From a virus (lineage: Duplodnaviria; Caudoviricetes): a stretch of DNA of 64,000 bases. A program made the position numbers and the translations under genes. Where the stretch lies: positions 12,142-76,141 of the IMG/VR virus record IMGVR_UViG_3300010998_000026; one strand, given 5' to 3'. Below the pieces are notes generated by a model that made no database searches, was not told the origin of the DNA, and saw nothing but the letters and a program-made list of their open reading frames with translations. Positions 12,490 through 25,752 of this stretch are shown here, piece by piece (positions within the stretch are counted from its first letter, which is position 1; every line of letters starts with the position of its first letter).

Positions 12490-14706
12490 ATGGACATATT
12501 AAAAGTAAAAGTAAATAATGAATGGGTTGCAATTCCTTCCATCACCGGACAACGGGGTATTGGAATACAATCTATTACTAAAACAAATACACAAGGTTTA
12601 GTTGATACATATACCATCCTATTTTCTGATGGCAATTCAACTACCTTTAATATATCAAATGGCGCGGTTCCTTCCTTTACAATTGGTACTGTAACGGAAG
12701 GACCTACCGCCGCGGTAACTGTTACTGGAACAGATGCAAATCCAGTTTTAAACTTAACTCTACCTAATGCAAATGTGCCAACAGCAGTTAGTGAATTAGA
12801 AAATGATGCGGGTTATGCTACTGAATCATATGTTGATACAGCGATATCAAATGTGAATACAATGAAAATTCACATATGTGCCGCCGCGGAATACAATTCT
12901 GAAACTGGCGTTCCAACTATTCAAAATCCCGATACTCAAACTTTCTATCTCGTTCCTGGCGGTGAAGGCAGTAATTTATTTATTGAGTGGGCATATGTGG
13001 ATAATGCTTGGGAGCGGTTTGGAAGTGCGGATGTTGATTTAAGTAATTATGTATAGAAGACGGATTACGCAACAACAACAAATGCAGGTGTTGTAAAATT
13101 AGCAACCAATGGTGGTCTTGTACAATATACAATTGGTAATAATAAATATCTTATAATAGATTCTGCGACAGAACAAAATAATAAAAATGGAACACTTGTC
13201 TAGAAGCCTATAGCACCAAATACTCTTAATTCTGCAGTATTTTATGGCTTAGCCAGAGCAGCCGGTGATACATCACAATCTTCTTCTTCAAACGCGGTTG
13301 GCACTTATACTGATAATGCTAAATCTGCTATTCGCACAATGCTTGGCGTTTCTTCATCTGCGGATGTAAGTAATAAAGCAGATAAGGCAGACACAGTATT
13401 AGATACAACCCTAAGTCGCGGCCGCAAGGACAACACAACAGTCGGCACCGCCAGTCTTGCGTTTGGTGTTGACGCGGAAGCAAGCGGCTATTATTCCGTT
13501 GCTCTCGGCTTAAATACAGCCGCCGTAAGTCAAGGCGCCTTTGCGGAAGGCAAAGGCACGATCGCGCATTATATTGCTCACGCAGAAGGTGAAAATACTG
13601 AAGCAAATGGTTAGTGGTCACATAGTGAAGGTGTTGACACAGTAGCAAATGGCGCGGCATCACATGCGGGCGGCGATAACACAATCGCAAATGGACATTC
13701 TTCATTCGTAACTGGTAGATATAATATTGCTGATAGCTATGATAATTGGCCTTTCTGGGCAGCAAATACATCATACGCGGTTGGCGATAAAGTAAAAAGA
13801 GAATAGCTTATAAACAATGAAGCTACAATAGTTGGTTATATTTGTAAAGAAGCAAATACTGATGAATCTTTTGATATAAGTCATTGGGACTTTGATGTTC
13901 ATCATATGAACTTTGCCGCGATTGTAGGTAATGGATACGAAGCAGAAGACCCAACAACCCATGAAATGGTAAGACATGGATCAAATGCGTATGCGTTAGA
14001 TTGGGATGGTAATGGGTATTTTGCGGGAGATGTGTATGTTGGTGCGGATGCTGGTTCTGCTAATGGAACAAAGCTTGTGAAAGAAAGTGATGTGCCGATT
14101 GAATATGGAAGTGGCGTTGGAAGTATAAAAACAAAATCATTTACGACAACAGCGAATGTAACATATACACAGAACGCTACTGGGACAGCAAGTTCCGCGT
14201 TTGGTCTTAGTACAGAGGCAAGTGGCTATACATCACTTGCAACTGGTACTCTAACAAAAGCTTCTGGTAACTATAGTAGTAGTTTTGGATATTATACAAT
14301 TTCTAATCTTCCTAGTATGTTTGTAATTGGTACATGTAATATTGAAGCTAGTGAATATCCTGCATGGGAAGCTAATAAATCATATAGTGTTGGAGATAGA
14401 GTAGTACATACAAGAATACTTACTCAAACAATTCGTGTACCTATATGTCTTGAATGTACAATTGCCAATAATGATGCAGAATTTACAATGGCAAATTGGA
14501 AAAACATAGGCCCGCAAACTTCCCGTAGAGGAGACGCTCTTTTTGTTGTTGGTAATGGAATTGCTACAAGTGCTCGTTCTAACGCTTATACTCTTGACTG
14601 GGATGGTACTGCACACTACGCAGGCGACATATATATAAATTGTAATTCCGATAGTACCGGCGGCGAAAAGTTAGTAAATGGCTTAAAGGTGGTGAGGTTG
14701 ATATGA
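12490..14706 (+). CDS. Tail fibre protein 2 with YadA-like repeats (TAG=Gln)
   Basis: ORFs 12490,13339,13906 in one frame; shares modules with 8891 gene. Confidence 0.8.
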
Positions 14707-15158
14707 TGTATTTGGGAGATTAGGCGGTTGGATTATTAGTTAATAGTCAAGTAAAAGTAGACAGCGGCGTACTTACTATTCCTTCATCGACTGATAAAAT
14801 TGTAGTTGAGCATCATTTGGCCGATATTCCTGATTTCGCTTATATTTTTATTAAAATAGAGGATTCAAATAAAATACCATTTGGTAGTTGCGTTTCTTGC
14901 GCATATGGGGATATGCATATAATAAATAATGCATATAATGCTGATGAGAGATATAATTTTAGATTTTGTTATACATATCGTCATCCTACTTCTGGTAATT
15001 TTTTACATGGAGAATGGTATTGCTCAAAACCAACTTCGACATAGTTTAGCTTTTCTAGAGGTTCAAGTGATTGGCCAGCAGTTGATACAGACGGCAATCC
15101 TATAAAATATTGTTGGGTAGTTGGAAAATTTGTAAAGGAGGTGACACCAAATGCCTAA
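14703..15158 (+). CDS. Hypothetical tail-associated protein (TAG=Gln)
   Basis: MMYLGDQAVG..; in frame with ORF 14817; stop TAA. Confidence 0.65.
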
Positions 15159-16944
15159 TTCAAAACAAATAGTTTATTTATCTCAGGCGCAATATGCCGA
15201 ATTAATTGCAAATGGCACCATAACTGTGGATGGTGTCACCGTTACATACGATGAGAATGATATATACGTAACGCCGCAGGCGGAACCGGTTACGGATGTA
15301 CGTATAAACGGAACATCTATCGCGGCGAATGGGGTTGCAAATGTTCCGTTAGCTGATGCTGATACATATGGCGTTATGAAGCTTGGCACAGGACTTTTTG
15401 TTCAAGACTACGGTGGTGGTAATAAGAAAGTAAGGGTCGGTGAACCATCGAGCGGACAGATTAAAGTTGGAACACATGGAAGTGGGTATATTAGCCCGAT
15501 GAATCAGCACGAATCTGCATTTTACGGTTTAGCCAAAGCGTCTGGCGACACCACTCAATCTCAAAGCAACAATGCCGTTGGTACTTATACCCCCGAAGCC
15601 AAAGGCGCCATCCAACAAATGCTCGGCATTTCAAATCTCCTCGCCCCTTCCGAAACCGCAACCGCATCTAAAGCATATAGTATTGGAGAAGTATTTACTT
15701 CCAATGGAAAATTATATAAAGCAACCGCGGCAATTGCGGCGGCGGATGCAATTGTTACGCAAGACGCGGGAGAAGAGGTTAGTGGAAGTAATGCGGCGGA
15801 AGTTAAGTTGAGTGAGTATGCGGTAAGGGATGTGCAAGTTAATGGGACGAGTGTGTTGCAGAATGGTGTGGCGAATATACCGGTAGGAAGCACTACAGAA
15901 TACGGCGTATTAAAGGCTGAACATGGTTTAACAACATATGAAGGTAGAATATCTGTAAGGACTCCAAACGACACTCAGGTAAAAGAAGGATATTTGGGAA
16001 GTTATGCCGTTGTACTTTCCAAACAACATGCATCCACCTTCTATGGCCTCGCTAAAGCCGCCGGTGCTGACATGGCATCCATCGCATCCACTACTGTCGG
16101 CATCTACCCCGACGCTCAAAAAGCCGCAATTCAACATATGCTTGGCACCGATACAAACCTCGCATCCTATGAATCCGATACAACCGCGGATTAGGCATAC
16201 GCAATTGGTGAACTATTTATGTTGAATGGTAAATTGCATTAGGCAACTGCCGCAATAGCAATTGGAGATACATTAGAGGTTGGTACAAATTGCGCGGTGG
16301 TAAATGCGGCGGGGGTATTCCCGCATGATGTGCAGATGCGAAATACGTCAATCCTTAATAATGGAGTAGCTAATATTCCAGCAGCGGGTCAGCAAACATT
16401 CGGCGTTGTAGCATTATATAGTTCATTTGGTATCAGCACCAGTGCATCTGGCTACCTTACACTCACGGACGCGACCGCAAATAACATAAAAGCAGGAAAT
16501 GATATTAGGAGCGGTTTTAATCCAAACCATCAGCACGAATCTACTTTCTATGGTTTAGCTAAAGCGGCGGGAGATACTACATAGAGTGCATCCAACAATG
16601 CAGTAGGAGTATATACAAGTGAAGCCAAAATTGCGATTAAAAATATGCTTGATATACAAAGCGCATCAATAAGTATTACTATTTCAGGTACTACACCCAC
16701 TATTATTGCACAATCAAATGCACGATATATTTGTAGTGAAATTAGTACACTAGATTTTACCCCATGTGCGTCAGGTATATGTGAAGTAATTTTTACAAGT
16801 GGTTCAACCGCGGCGGTACTTACTGTTCCAAATACAGTTAAATTCCCGGAATGGTTTGATGCCACATCTTTAGATGTAAATACAATTTATGATATATCAA
16901 TTGTAGATGGAATATACGCGGCGGTGATGACATGGGCAGTTTAA
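15151..16944 (+). CDS. Tail fibre protein 3 with repeated DV.VNGTS...NGVANIP / FYGLAKA modules (TAG=Gln)
   Basis: ORFs 15151,16297,16645 in one frame; RBS GGAGGTG. Confidence 0.8.
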
Positions 16945-18935
16945 TTCCGGTTGAGTATTAGTAGGTAGAATATTTAGAAAGTACAGGAACACAATATATC
17001 ATTACAAATATACCAATTCAAACTCCAATTATTTTTGACTCAATTCAAATTTTTACAAATCTTAGTGATCAGTATTTAGTTGGTGCGGCGTATGATGAAG
17101 ATGATGTTTCATATAGATCTTCTGGTAATGGTTAGTATTCAAGTAAATTTTAGTCTGCTTATAATGGATATTTTTTATTTGGAAATGTAATAACTAATAA
17201 AATATATAATATTGTTACTTTATTATCTCAAAAAAATCAAACAGTAACAGTTGATGATAAAATAATAGGAACTAGAAATAGATCTTATCTTACTGAGCTT
17301 AATAGTACAAAGGCTCAATATGGTATTTTTTGTTAGTATAAAACAGGTAGTGGCGCATAGTTTCAGAGTAAGGTAAAATTATATTCATTAAAGATAAGTA
17401 ATTCGACTACTTTACTCGGAAATTTTATTCCATGTTATCGTAAATCCGATAATGAACCAGGTATGTATGATACAGTATCAAATACTTTCTTTACCAACTC
17501 TGGTAATGGTACATTTCTAATTGGTGGAGAAGTACATGAGTATGGAAATTTAATTGAGAATAGAAAAAATATTATATTAAATACTCCTCATTTAATTACA
17601 ACTACCGCTGCACCCATAGCAACCTTTAATACAGATATGAAGGCGCCATTAGATTCATTAAAAGTTTATTTTAATCCAATTTAGGAAGGTAGCGGCGATC
17701 CAAGTCTAGAAAATGTAAGGCCAATTAATGGATGAAATAGCTTAATTTGTGGTGTAAATAGAAGACCTTTACCTAGTGAATATTAGGAAGTTGAATATCT
17801 TTTGCCGCCTAGTGATAAAACAGCAAGAAATGATGCTTATTTTATAACAGATTACTTTGCAAATTAGGACACTAGATTTAGTGTTACCACACATTGTAAC
17901 AGTGAATATGTAAGTTTATTATGGAGTAATAATTTTGAATTATATAAAAATGGATGGTATACTTATCGTCTTACATGGGCAAATATTACATATGGTACTA
18001 GTGGTCTTAATGCACATCGTAATAATAAATGGCTATTAGAAACAAATGATGCGGGAACACAATGGATTAGAACAAATTTAACTAATAGTAATGTTTATAA
18101 GCAAGCAATTACGGCGCCTTCTACCTTTTAGGATACATCTCCAGTAATTATTTTTGGTAAAGAAACTGATGGCGTAATTACAAATGATATTCCTAATAAT
18201 TCATATACTTATGTTATTTATTTATATGAAATTACATTTCGAGAAAATGGAATTATTAAACGCAATTATATTCCATGCTATCGTAAATCAGATAATGAAC
18301 CAGGGTTTTTTGATACTGTAACCAATACTTTCTTAGCGGGAAGTGGAACTGGTAAATTTAGAGTTGGCCCCGATGTAACAACTGGATACCTTCTCCCAGT
18401 AGACTGGACTTCAACTACGGGGACGGTGTATGGCGGGTATGTAGATTTAGTAAAAGGTGAATTAGTAGAAACATGGCATAAGATTGTGGCGGATGGAGTC
18501 AATGTAAAGTGTAATACTAATTATAGTAATGATACATATATCGCCGCAGGAATTGTATATCTTTCTCCAAAGGGTAAGTATGATGGTTATTCTGTTAGTT
18601 CAACTGTTTTATGTAATAATATACCTGTTTATGCTGTTAATCAATCCTTACCAAATAATTGGGATTTTCCATTTATTCGCACGACTTCTAATGGACAATA
18701 GTATTTAAGATTTTATACAGCATATACTGCTGATCATCCAGAGTTAGAAACAAATGCAGATAAAATTGCATTTGTTAATTCATACTTACAAGAACACCCA
18801 GCAACAATAGTATATAAATTGACAACTCCAATAACTTATACTCTTACTCCCCAATCCCTCAAAACTCTCCGCGGTACCAACAACATATGGTCAAACGCGA
18901 ATGGCAATATAGACCTATCCTACTGGTCTCATTAA
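16932..18935 (+). CDS. Tail-associated protein with two YQ(Q/E)VEYL lectin-like domains; one in-frame TGA at 17733-17735
   Basis: MGSLIPVEYQQVEYLESTGTQYI (QQ=TAG TAG); frame continues to TAA 18933-18935 apart from TAGs and one TGA in QEGSGDPSLENVRPING*N. Confidence 0.7.
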
Positions 18936-18963
18936 AAAATAAAAATAAAGTGAGGTAATTATT

Positions 18964-19308
18964 ATGGCAAGAAATATTTTTATAGTCAACGCAACTTAGG
19001 TGGTCACATCTGAGGCCAACCCACACGGCTTATTTTCCGTAGTCAGTGGTTATCCAAAAACATACGATTCTAACACCTACGACGGCAATATGGAAGCCGC
19101 TCTACGTGCTGCAAAATCTGAATATTATGCGCGCTTATCTGCCAACTACGCAGGTTCAACCGCCCGCGTAATGGCAACCGTAACTCTTGAACAAGCAAAT
19201 GGTCAAATGATTCTTCGTGACTCAACTGGTGCTTTCCCAGTTATTGAGCCTGAACCTGTCGAGCCAGAATCCCCCTCTGAGGTGAATGGCGATGAAGAAG
19301 GGAATTGA
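18964..19308 (+). CDS. Hypothetical protein (TAG=Gln)
   Basis: RBS GAGGT; ATG 18964 in frame with ORF 19000. Confidence 0.7.
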
Positions 19309-19777
19309 TTGGAATTACGAGCGCTATCGTACCCGCGATTTACTTCTTGAATATGACATAAATATTATGCCTCCTCATCCTCGCGCGGGCGGCCTTGCAA
19401 TGGTATATCCTTGGGGTTCCTCAATACTTGATAATGTAGTGGATATGTCAATTCCTTCAAGACCACATACTACTACACTTTCAATGATATACCCTTGGGA
19501 AAATACTTCTCTAAATATTTTAATGCAACAATTATTCTTACTCGCCGTGCAAAGTGGTTTTGAAGGCGATATGGATGATTTCAAAAATCTTTTCACTTCG
19601 TATGTAGGTACTCGTAGTATTATGTTTGCAAAATATTCCGATTTCCCAGAAGAAGGAATTGCTTCAAAATTATATTTTGACTTAGAAGAAAAAATACTAT
19701 ATTACTGGGACAATGACTACATACCAGTGAACGCAATGATTATTGCTAATACAATACTTAATGGTGGTGAAGCATAA
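19286..19777 (+). CDS. Hypothetical structural protein
   Basis: Intact ORF with overlapping start/stop; FPEEGIASKLY motif. Confidence 0.7.
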   Translation: MAMKKGIDWNYERYRTRDLLLEYDINIMPPHPRAGGLAMVYPWGSSILDNVVDMSIPSRPHTTTLSMIYPWENTSLNILMQQLFLLAVQSGFEGDMDDFKNLFTSYVGTRSIMFAKYSDFPEEGIASKLYFDLEEKILYYWDNDYIPVNAMIIANTILNGGEA

Positions 19778-20487
19778 TGGCAACTAATAGTGTAAAAGTA
19801 AGATTACAAATTAGGCACGACGAAGCCGCCGATTGGATTACACGGAATCCAGTATTAGCACAAGGTGAATATGGTTTAGAAACTAACACATTTCTAATAA
19901 AAGTAGGGGATGGTGTAACCGATTGGTTGCACCTCCCTTATTTAAATAAACTTGATGCTTCTTATTTTCAACATCACAGTGATGGCACAATATCATTTAG
20001 TGATAATTTTATGAATACTATCGCGGCACTTGAAGCCGCGGCGGGGCAAGCAATTACGCAATTAGTAGTTACTGAGCCACCAGTAAATGATACTGATGTA
20101 CCAAATAAAAAATATGTTGACGACGCGATTCGTAATGCAGGTCATTTAAAGCGTGAAGTGGTACAATACCTTCCTGCCGCATCAGTGGCCGATCCAAATA
20201 CTTTATATATGGTTCTCGCCCAATCCGGAGACCATTATGAAGAATATATGGCTATTAACGGTAATTGGGATATGGTAGGAAGCACAGGCGACGGTGGAAG
20301 TGGCGGCGGAATGTTTACACTTGAAGTCGCAACCGATGCACGCCTTGGTGGTGTAAGGTCTTCTTCCGCGGCAGATGCTATTTTAGTAAATCCAGAAACC
20401 GGTATTATGACATTAAATCAAGTTTCTACTACGAAATTATATGTTCCAGTCGGAGATACATTTATTATATATGGCGGCAGTGCTTAA
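19777..20487 (+). CDS. Tail fibre protein with Mtd-N/hyaluronidase-N-like domain
   Basis: RHDEAADWITRNPVLAQGEYGLETNTFLIKVGDGVTDWLHLPY. Confidence 0.75.
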   Translation: MATNSVKVRLQIRHDEAADWITRNPVLAQGEYGLETNTFLIKVGDGVTDWLHLPYLNKLDASYFQHHSDGTISFSDNFMNTIAALEAAAGQAITQLVVTEPPVNDTDVPNKKYVDDAIRNAGHLKREVVQYLPAASVADPNTLYMVLAQSGDHYEEYMAINGNWDMVGSTGDGGSGGGMFTLEVATDARLGGVRSSSAADAILVNPETGIMTLNQVSTTKLYVPVGDTFIIYGGSA

Positions 20488-20501
20488 AGGAGGTGGATTA
20501 A

Positions 20502-22298
20502 ATGGCGGAGCATACGATTGAAACGCGTATATTGTTACGCTATGACACTTTAAGCAACTGGCTAAATAGTACAGTTATTCTTAAAAAAGGTGAAGCCGCG
20601 ATTGCGGCCGCCCCTTTTTCATATACAATTGAGGGTACAAATGACCGTCCAGAAAATACTCCCCCTGCAATTGGCATTAAAATTGGTGATGGATACCATT
20701 ATTTTTATGAGCTTCCTTGGATTTAGGGGATTGCAGGAGATGTCTATGCTTGGGCAAAACAATAGTCAAAACCAACTTATAATGCAAATGAAATTCAAGG
20801 ATTAGCCGCATTTGTATAGTAGTATGCTGGCGGAGGTCAAGGTGGAGATATTACTGTCGAAGCACGTTCTTATCGCTTAGCTTAGATAAATAATAAATAT
20901 TATTTATAGTCAAAAGGCGTAAATGATAGTGACTGGATTACTGATGAACTTACTTTTATAGATTTAAGTCAATTAGCTAATTTATTAACTTGGTTAGGTA
21001 CAGCAATAGATGACTACTGGACAATTGGCGGTTATACTAATTAGAAAATTACAGATAAATTAAATACTTTAAATTATACTGATACAGAAGATTTATCCAA
21101 AGTCATTACTGCGGTAGATTAGGTAAATGGTAAAATTAGTGTTACTAGACGCACTTTATCTGCAAGTAATTTATCTGGTAAAGTAAGTGTTCCACAAGGT
21201 GGTACAGGCCGCGATACATTAGATTATGATAGTGTATTAGTTGGCAATGGTAATAATCCAGTTAAATTAATTCCAATTGCAGATACTATTGCTACAAATA
21301 CAAATTTGGTGCCTAATTATTTAATAAAAGCATACGTAGACAATGCTGTTGCTGGTCTTGCCGGCGCGATGCATTTTATCGGTGAAGCAACAGTATTTAT
21401 TGGCTTTAATTCAAATGTAGATCCACATATTGATGGATATAATTTTTCTAAAGTTAAAAACGGCGATGTAATTCTATTTGAACATAGAGAATATGTATGG
21501 GCAGATGGATATTGGCGGTTATTAGGCGATGAAGGAAGTTATGCTATTAGAGGCTCTATTGTGGATGCTGATATTAGTGATGAAGCAAATATTGCAATAA
21601 CTAAAATAGCTAACTTACAAACTATTCTTTCTTCAAAAGTAGATAAAATTGATGGTAAGCAACTTTCAACAAATGACTATACCGATGAAGAGAAACAAAA
21701 ATTACTTAATATTGAAGAAAACGCACAGCGTAATATTATAGAGCATATTTATGTAAATGGTACAGAAGCAATACCAACAATAGTTGAAGGAAATCCTAAT
21801 TCATTAAGCTTACGTGTAAGCGCACTTACACCAGAAGAAGAAGAAAAAATTGGTGGTATTGAAAGTGGCGCACAAGTTAATAAAATAGAACATATATTTT
21901 TAAATAATAATGAATTAAACATTACTACTATAAAAGATTTAGCTAAATCGGTAAATATATTAATAAATGAATATACTGAAACCGAATAGCTTAAATTAGC
22001 AAGCATTGAAAATGGCGCACAAGTAAATACAATTGAAAAGATATTTTTCAATGAAACTCAATTTTAGCCGAATGCTGAAAAAGAGGTTCATGTTATTATA
22101 GATGAAGCCGCACTTAACTTACAGGTTATAAAAGGCGCACGAGTGCCTAGTGGTGTATCATATGAAGATGTAGATATTACATAGGATAAAAAACTAGAAT
22201 TGGCTCGTATTGCGAAGACAGGTAATATAGCGGATATATTACAATCTTATAATACTTATGTAATATTGAATTGCGGTTCAAGCACTGAAGTGCTTTAA
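20502..22298 (+). CDS. Tail fibre protein with Mtd-N-like domain (TAG=Gln)
   Basis: RYDTLSNW..LKKGE..KIGDG; KVDKIDGKQLSTNDYT; ORFs 20502 and 21306 in frame. Confidence 0.8.
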
Positions 22299-22324
22299 CA
22301 GGAGAATAAAGGAGGATTTTATAT

Positions 22325-22852
22325 ATGGCGAATGAAAAAATTATTAAGACGAGAATTATGATGAAAACTGACAGTCAAGCCAACTGGGATCGTCAAATAA
22401 ATTTCATTCCATTGTAGGGTGAGATCATCATTTATTCTGCTGATGATACTCACCCCTTTTCTCGTTTAAAGATAGGAGATGGGAATACAACAGTTGTTAG
22501 TTTACCTTTTATAGATGCAGGAACAATTAATGGAGAAGTTCTTAGTGATGTTATTATAACAGGTGTAAATCGTTATGCTTTCCCTCCTATTGGTTTTGAT
22601 AATAAATTATATGTTGATTTATCTAGAAATGTTATATATTGTTATAGTCCCAATAGTGGATACTCTCAATTATCACATTTTAGATATACCGCGACGAAAA
22701 CATAGATTTCTATAATAAATAGTTGGAACCCAGGAATAATGACCACAGCGTTAGTTGATGATTAGGCATTAATCATTAATAATGGCATCACACCTACGCT
22801 TGATCTTGGGACTTTAAATGTGGTCACAGATATAAGTGAGGTGAGTGAATAA
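22325..22852 (+). CDS. Mtd-N-like tail protein (TAG=Gln)
   Basis: KTDSQANW..FIPLQGEIIIY..RLKIGDG..LPF; absent from ORF track because of TAGs. Confidence 0.75.
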
Positions 22853-25368
22853 TGGCTAATGGTTATATTGGTTAGGTGCATATTGATAGTACTGATTATA
22901 AAATTGGTTCTACATTATTCGCCGTATTAGATACTGCCAATAGTTAGGGAACAATTGCTACTAGTAATGAGACAACTACCTTTACTGTGCCATTAGATGG
23001 ATTTGTAAATACTAGTGGTGTTACAGTACATATTAAATTTGTATAGGCTAATTCTGAACCTTCTAATTTAGCATTAAAAGTAGGTAGTGATAGTGCTCAT
23101 CCAATTAGTAACCCAAACGGTGCATTAACTTGGCAAGCTAATTCAGTAATTAGTTTTACATATGATGGTACTAATTGGGTAATGAATAGCACATAGGTTT
23201 CTGGTGGCTCTTTAAGTAATGTTAGTTTTGGTAATATTCAATCTAATGGTACATTATAGACAAATGATGTTACTATTGCAAATGGTGATAAATTAGTTAT
23301 AACTGATGCAGACGATGGTAAAATCGCAAGATCTTCTACTGCTTTTGATGGTAGCACAGAAAGTCAAGTATTATCTAAAAAAGGTACTTGGGTTGCTATG
23401 TATACACATCCAACAGGAGCAGGTAATAACCATATTCCTTCTGGCGGAAGTAGCGGACAATTTTTAAAATATAGCAGTAGTGGTACTGCTACTTGGGCTT
23501 CTTTAACTAAAAGTGATATTACTGATTTTCCAAATTATGCTGGTTCTTCTAGTCAAGGTGGCGCGGCCAATTCAGTAGCAAATAATTTAGTATTAAAATT
23601 TGATTCTGGTTCAACAGAAGGAACTAGTTTATACACTTTTAATGGTAGCGCAGGAAAAACAATAGATATTAAAGCAGGAGATAATATTTCATTAACCTCT
23701 GCTTCGGGATCAATTACTATTGCTAATACATATAGTTATACCTTACAACTTGCAGCAAATGGTACTCGTGGTGGTATTTAGATTGGATATAGTGAAAGTA
23801 ATTCTGGCTCTAATACTTCTCGTAATTATGCAGTAAAATTAGATAGTGAAAAAGCATATGTAAATGTTCCTTGGACTGATACTAAAGTAAAACAAACTGC
23901 TAAAACAGACAGTGTAGCTTATAAACTTTTATTCAGCGCGGCTGGTGCAAGTCCAACAAGCGGGACAGCTTATGAAGCAGTCTATTATACAGGTTTAACA
24001 TTTAATCCTTCTTCAAAAACATTATCTATTGTGGATGGAAGTACTACAGGTACTTTAACTGCTACTAATTATAGTGGTAAGGCCGCAACTGCAGGTACCG
24101 CGGATAGTGCAAATTCGGTTGCTTTAACAAATGTAAGTAATGCAGATGATTTAAAAGCAATTGAAGCATTAGAAGGAACTAGTGGTTTATTAAAGAAAAC
24201 CGCGGCGAACGAATGGGATTTAGATACGACATCATATGCGACAACTGATACAGTAAATAATTTATTAGCTACTAATGACGCTATGATTTTCAAAGGCGCC
24301 TTAGATGGCGGTGCATCTTCTACTACTTATACTCCCGCGGCAGAACGTGGCTGGACATATAAAGTAACTACTGCTGGTTTAATTAATGGTGAATCAGTAG
24401 AGGTTGGAGATGTATTAATTTGTACAGTAGATAGTACAGCGGCAGCAACATCTTCTAATGTAAGCACTGTAAAAGCAAACTGGATAATTGTACAAACTAA
24501 TATTGATGGTGCAGTAACTGGCCCAACAAGTTCTACTGGCGGGCATATTGCTACATTTAGTGGCAGTAGCGGCCATCTTATTCAAGATAGTGGTTATACT
24601 ATTGCTACTTCTGTACCAGCTAACGCAGTATTTACTGATAAAAAAGTAGAGTAGAAAAAATATACTTCTTCTACAAATAGTGAATTTAGATTATTATTTA
24701 AAAAATCTGCTAATAATACAGATGAAACTGATTTAGTATATTACTCTGATATTGCTAATAAAAATATAACATATAATCCTTCTACTGGGGCACTTAGCGC
24801 AGCTAAATTTATTGGTGATGGTTCAAGTTTAACTAATGTAACTGCTTCTTCTGTAGCATTAACTAATGTAACAGACGCTGACGATTTGAAAGCGATTGAA
24901 GCATTAAGCGGTACCTCAGGTTTCTTAACGAAAACTGCCGCAAATACTTGGAAATTAGACACAAGTACTTATTTGACAAGTCAAGATACTACACATTTAT
25001 ATGTTAATAAAACAGCAAGCCCAGGTACTTCACCTTCTAATGCAGCAGTTACTGCTTCAGATACTTTATATTTACATTTATATGATTCTACTACTAAACG
25101 TGATAGTATCCAAATAAAAGGTAGCGGTGGTACTTCTATCACAGCCACAAATGGACAAGTTATTACTATAAAAAGTAAAACATATAGTGCAACTACTACT
25201 ACGGTGTTAAATTCTTTAACACTAAAATATACTGATAGTTCAGACGACCATATTGAAACTCCTTCTACTTACACTTATGTTGCAGCAGTAGATAGAGGAA
25301 CTTTATTTATTAAATCAATTGTTTATGGAACAGATTCAACTGTTAATAAAGGATTTACAGAAACTTAA
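22852..25368 (+). CDS. Ser/Thr/Gly-rich tail fibre protein (TAG=Gln)
   Basis: ORFs 23398,24031,24886 in frame with ATG 22852; internal repeat SVALTNV..ADDLKAIEAL twice. Confidence 0.8.
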
Positions 25369-25383
25369 AAGGCGGTGAATTAA

Positions 25384-25752
25384 ATGGGATATATAAATAA
25401 AGTAAAAATAGGTAATGATGCCCATTTAATTGAACCTACTATATATGGTGTGACAAATGGTACAGCCGCGGCAATAACCACTTCTATTACTGGATTTGAG
25501 GCTATTGAAGGAGTAGTAATTGGATTAAAAATTACTACTCCCAATAGTGCTTCTGCTACTTTAAATGTAAATAATAGTGGGGCAAAAACAATTAGATATG
25601 AAGGAATGGCAATCGCGGCTGAAATACTTCAAGAAGGGCATATTTATAATTTTGTTTATACAAAAGAAAATAATGTATATTATTGGGATATACTTGGTGA
25701 TTTAAGTATAGATACAACAATTGAAATAGTAGATATGATGGTGGTGACATAA
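25384..25752 (+). CDS. Tail-associated protein, paralogous to N-terminus of 22852 gene
   Basis: Intact ORF; ATLNVNNSGAKTIRY motif. Confidence 0.75.
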   Translation: MGYINKVKIGNDAHLIEPTIYGVTNGTAAAITTSITGFEAIEGVVIGLKITTPNSASATLNVNNSGAKTIRYEGMAIAAEILQEGHIYNFVYTKENNVYYWDILGDLSIDTTIEIVDMMVVT

